Origin: Candidatus Tepidifontimicrobium thermophilum
Lineage (GTDB): Bacteria; Sysuimicrobiota; Sysuimicrobiia; Sysuimicrobiales; Sysuimicrobiaceae
DNA: 64,000 bases
Direction of reading: 5' to 3'
Assembly: GCA_031459915.1 (NCBI GenBank)
Contig: JAVKHO010000005.1
Coordinates: 64,806-128,805, forward strand
The translations under genes were made by a program, and so were the position numbers. The notes beneath the pieces are model-generated. The model had not been told where the DNA came from. It was given only the letters and a program-made list of their open reading frames with translations, and ran no database searches. Of this stretch, positions 61,366 to 64,000 are shown one piece after another; positions within the stretch are counted from its first letter, which is position 1; each line of letters starts with the position of its first letter.

Positions 61366-64000
61366 AGGGCTACGGGTGGCCCCGCACCCGGCCCTGGTCC
61401 TTCTGCCCTCTCCATCCGCACCGCGACGGCCTCGTCCGCGAGCTGGGCCTGCTTCCGGCCACCGCGCAGGTGCTGGCCGTGCGGGGCCTCGGGGATCCTG
61501 AGACTGCAGACCGGTTCCTCCGGGCACCCCTGGAGACCCTCACCCCCCCAAGCCGGCTTCCCGGAATCCCCGACGCCGCCGCGCTCGTCTGGCGCGCCGC
61601 CCGGGAAGGCCGGCGCGTCACCGTTTACGGCGACTTCGACGCGGACGGGGTGTGTTCGGTAGCCCTCCTGGTACGCGGGCTTCGGGCTCTGGGGCTGGAC
61701 GTGGACTACTACGTACCGCACCGCCTGCGGGAAGGGTATGGGCTGAACGCGGAAGCGGTGCGCGCGCTGGGGGAGTCGGGGACGCAACTGCTGGTCACCG
61801 TGGACTGCGGGATCGGAGCCCTGGCGGAGGTGGCTCTGGCCAAGCACCTGGGGATGCAAGTGGTGGTGCTGGACCACCACGAGCCGCCGCCTGTACTGCC
61901 GGACGCCGACGTGGTGGTGGATCCGAAGATCCCCCAAAAGCCCTACCCGTTTCGCGGCTACTGCGCTGCGGGGTTGTCCTGGCAGCTTGTGGCCGCGCTT
62001 CGGGAACTTGCGGGCGCGCCGGCCACCGAGGACCTGCTGGAGCTGGCCGCGGTGGGTACCGTGGCGGACGTGGTGCCCCTGGTTGAGGACAACCGGGTGG
62101 TGGTGCGCTGGGGTCTTGGGCGCCTGCCCCACACGCCTCTGGCGGGCCTGCGGGCGTTGCTGCAGAACGCAGGCCTTGCGGGCCCGGCGAGCGCGGACGA
62201 CGTGGCGTGGCGGCTGGCCCCCCGGCTGAACGCCGCGGGCCGCGTGGACACCGCGCAGGCGGCCTTGCGGCTTTTGCTGACGGACGACCCGCAGGAGGCC
62301 TCCGAGCTGGCCTCCGAGCTGGAGCGGCACAACGCCCACCGGCAGCGCCTGCAGGACGCGGCTTTGGGTCAAGCGCTGGCGGCGGTGGAGGAAGACGGGC
62401 TACTGGACCGGCCCGGCATCGTGGTGTGGGGCGAGGACTGGCACCCGGGCGTGGTGGGTCTCGTGGCGGGCCGGTTGAGGGAGGCCTTCTGCAGGCCTGC
62501 AGTGGCTCTGGCGGTAGAGGGCGAGGTGGCACGGGGATCGGCCCGCGGCGTACCCGGGCTGGACCTGGTGGACGTGCTGGGGGAGTGTGGGGAGCTGCTG
62601 GACCGGTTCGGCGGACACGCCTCCGCCGCGGGGATGTCACTTCCCGCACGGCACCTACTGGAGTTCCGCAGGCGTTTCGAGGAGGCGGTGGCGTCTCGCA
62701 TCCCGGCCGAGCTGCTGGTGCCCGAGGTCGTGGTGGAGGCGCAGGTGGGCCTGGAGGAGGTGACCGACCGGCTCCTGGAGGAGCTCGCCCTCTTGGAGCC
62801 TTTTGGAGCCGGCAACCCGAGGCCGGTGCTGGCCGCGAGGGGTCTACAGCCCCTGGAGGTAGGTCTTTGGGGCGCGGGCGAGCACCTGTGGGTCCGGCTG
62901 TGGGACGGCGCGAGGATCCAGGAGGCGGTCGGCTTCGGGCTGGGGGAGTGGGGCGAGCTGCTGGCCTTTGTCCAACCGGACCTGGACATCGCAGGGTGCC
63001 CCGAGCGCCACCCGTGGGAGGAGGGAGCATTCCGCTGGGTCCTGGAAGACCTGCGGGCACCCGGGCTGGAGCTCGGCCGGGTGCTGGCGGACACGCCGTC
63101 CTTGCTGAGGCGCCTGCTGGATCGGGGGGACGACTACCTTGCCGGCGCTTACCGCGGCGTGGAAGCCCGACCCGCGTTCTTCACCAAGGTGGTGGGCGTC
63201 AGTTTTGAAGGCCGGCAGGACGTGGTGGCGCAGCTCACGCCCGGGGAGGAAGTCCTGCTGAGGCGCGAACCGGCAAACCCCTTCGACCCCCACGCGGTCC
63301 AGGTGGTCCGCTCGGACGGCTCCGTGGTGGGCTACCTGAACTCGGCCCTGGCCGGCCGGCTGGCACCACGCCTGGACCGGGGAGCCCGGTACCGAGCGAC
63401 GGTGACGGCGGTCACCGGCGGCGGCGACCGAAACCTGGGCGTGAACCTCCGGGTGGAGCAGGACGCCCCACAGCCGCGGGGCGGGTGGGTCCGGTCCGCG
63501 CTGCGCTCCTCAGGCCCAGACCTTGACCAGGTCCAGAAGCTCCTTTGGGGAGGAGACCGGCTTCCGGAGGCCCTGAGGCCCGCACTGGACCAGGTATTGG
63601 CCGGCGGGCGGGCTGCTGTGGCCTGTGCCCCTCGGAGGGAGTCGTCCCGCCTGGTGTTGCTGGCACTGGCGGCGCACGGCCTCCGCGACCGTCCCGCATT
63701 TCACGTGTCGCCCCTCGCGGAACTGGCGGACGGCCGGTGGCAGGCGTGGAGGGGTACGCTGGAGCGCCTGGGGCTGCGAGTGGGACGGCTGCACGGGCTG
63801 GTGGGACGCAGGGAGCTGGACGAAGCCGAGCAGGCCCTGGAAGCCGGCGGCCTGGACGTGGTGTTCACCACTTCCACGTACGTGTCCCGCCGGCCTGAAC
63901 TGCTGGCCGCCGGCCTGCTGGTGGTGGCAGAGGGCTGGGTGGAGGCGGAGCTGCCGTCGGAGCTGGGAGCGTGTCCGGGTCCCGTGCTGTGGGTGGTCTG
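61362..64000 (+). CDS. recJ: RecJ ssDNA exonuclease fused to a HIRAN domain and a degenerate SF2 helicase domain; 3' end runs off the window
   Basis: Manual translation (not in the ORF track): YGDFDADG, EGYGLN, TVDCG, DHH, GTVADVVPL, PRLNAAGR, FGGH and LEPFGAGN, continuing in frame into FTKVVGVSFEGRQ...REPANPFDPHAV...GYL. Confidence 0.9.
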   Translation, partial: MKGYGWPRTRPWSFCPLHPHRDGLVRELGLLPATAQVLAVRGLGDPETADRFLRAPLETLTPPSRLPGIPDAAALVWRAAREGRRVTVYGDFDADGVCSVALLVRGLRALGLDVDYYVPHRLREGYGLNAEAVRALGESGTQLLVTVDCGIGALAEVALAKHLGMQVVVLDHHEPPPVLPDADVVVDPKIPQKPYPFRGYCAAGLSWQLVAALRELAGAPATEDLLELAAVGTVADVVPLVEDNRVVVRWGLGRLPHTPLAGLRALLQNAGLAGPASADDVAWRLAPRLNAAGRVDTAQAALRLLLTDDPQEASELASELERHNAHRQRLQDAALGQALAAVEEDGLLDRPGIVVWGEDWHPGVVGLVAGRLREAFCRPAVALAVEGEVARGSARGVPGLDLVDVLGECGELLDRFGGHASAAGMSLPARHLLEFRRRFEEAVASRIPAELLVPEVVVEAQVGLEEVTDRLLEELALLEPFGAGNPRPVLAARGLQPLEVGLWGAGEHLWVRLWDGARIQEAVGFGLGEWGELLAFVQPDLDIAGCPERHPWEEGAFRWVLEDLRAPGLELGRVLADTPSLLRRLLDRGDDYLAGAYRGVEARPAFFTKVVGVSFEGRQDVVAQLTPGEEVLLRREPANPFDPHAVQVVRSDGSVVGYLNSALAGRLAPRLDRGARYRATVTAVTGGGDRNLGVNLRVEQDAPQPRGGWVRSALRSSGPDLDQVQKLLWGGDRLPEALRPALDQVLAGGRAAVACAPRRESSRLVLLALAAHGLRDRPAFHVSPLAELADGRWQAWRGTLERLGLRVGRLHGLVGRRELDEAEQALEAGGLDVVFTTSTYVSRRPELLAAGLLVVAEGWVEAELPSELGACPGPVLWVV

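Overview
A very GC-rich (roughly 70%+ by eye) bacterial chromosomal segment, probably from a Terrabacteria lineage. Supporting signs are a valS T-box, a GAAC-N4-GTTC-type SOS box, the rny-ymdB and scpAB-cmk-ispH-der-plsY gene orders, and a LapA-like gene that hints at a diderm envelope; the lineage is inferred, not established. Two aromatic-catabolism blocks sit among housekeeping genes. (A) 1-22.8 kb holds three operons sharing a GT(T/G)C-N9-GAAC operator next to an IclR gene. They encode a FAD monooxygenase, three putative decarboxylase folds, a Mo/FeS/FAD oxidoreductase, Bug and Liv transporters, a VOC extradiol dioxygenase and pobA. (B) 35.5-46.3 kb is a GntR-associated module for THF-dependent O-demethylation and ring cleavage: ligM, a metF-MetV fusion, fhs, a second VOC dioxygenase, galB, a ligK/galC-type aldolase, DUF6282 and a DUF1932-type dehydrogenase. 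No LigAB/GalA, LigC, LigI or GalD gene is visible in the window, which suggests a variant lignin-monomer pathway. Block B abuts tRNA-Pro(GGG), whose 3' trailer holds direct and inverted fragments of the tRNA itself, a ~140-nt rod-like hairpin and an unannotated 31-aa hydrophobic ORF. Other oddities are a probable ACG start for RNase Y and a RecJ-HIRAN-degenerate helicase fusion running off the window end. No CRISPR array, integrase or transposase was seen. All calls come from reading the sequence and translations; no database searches were run.
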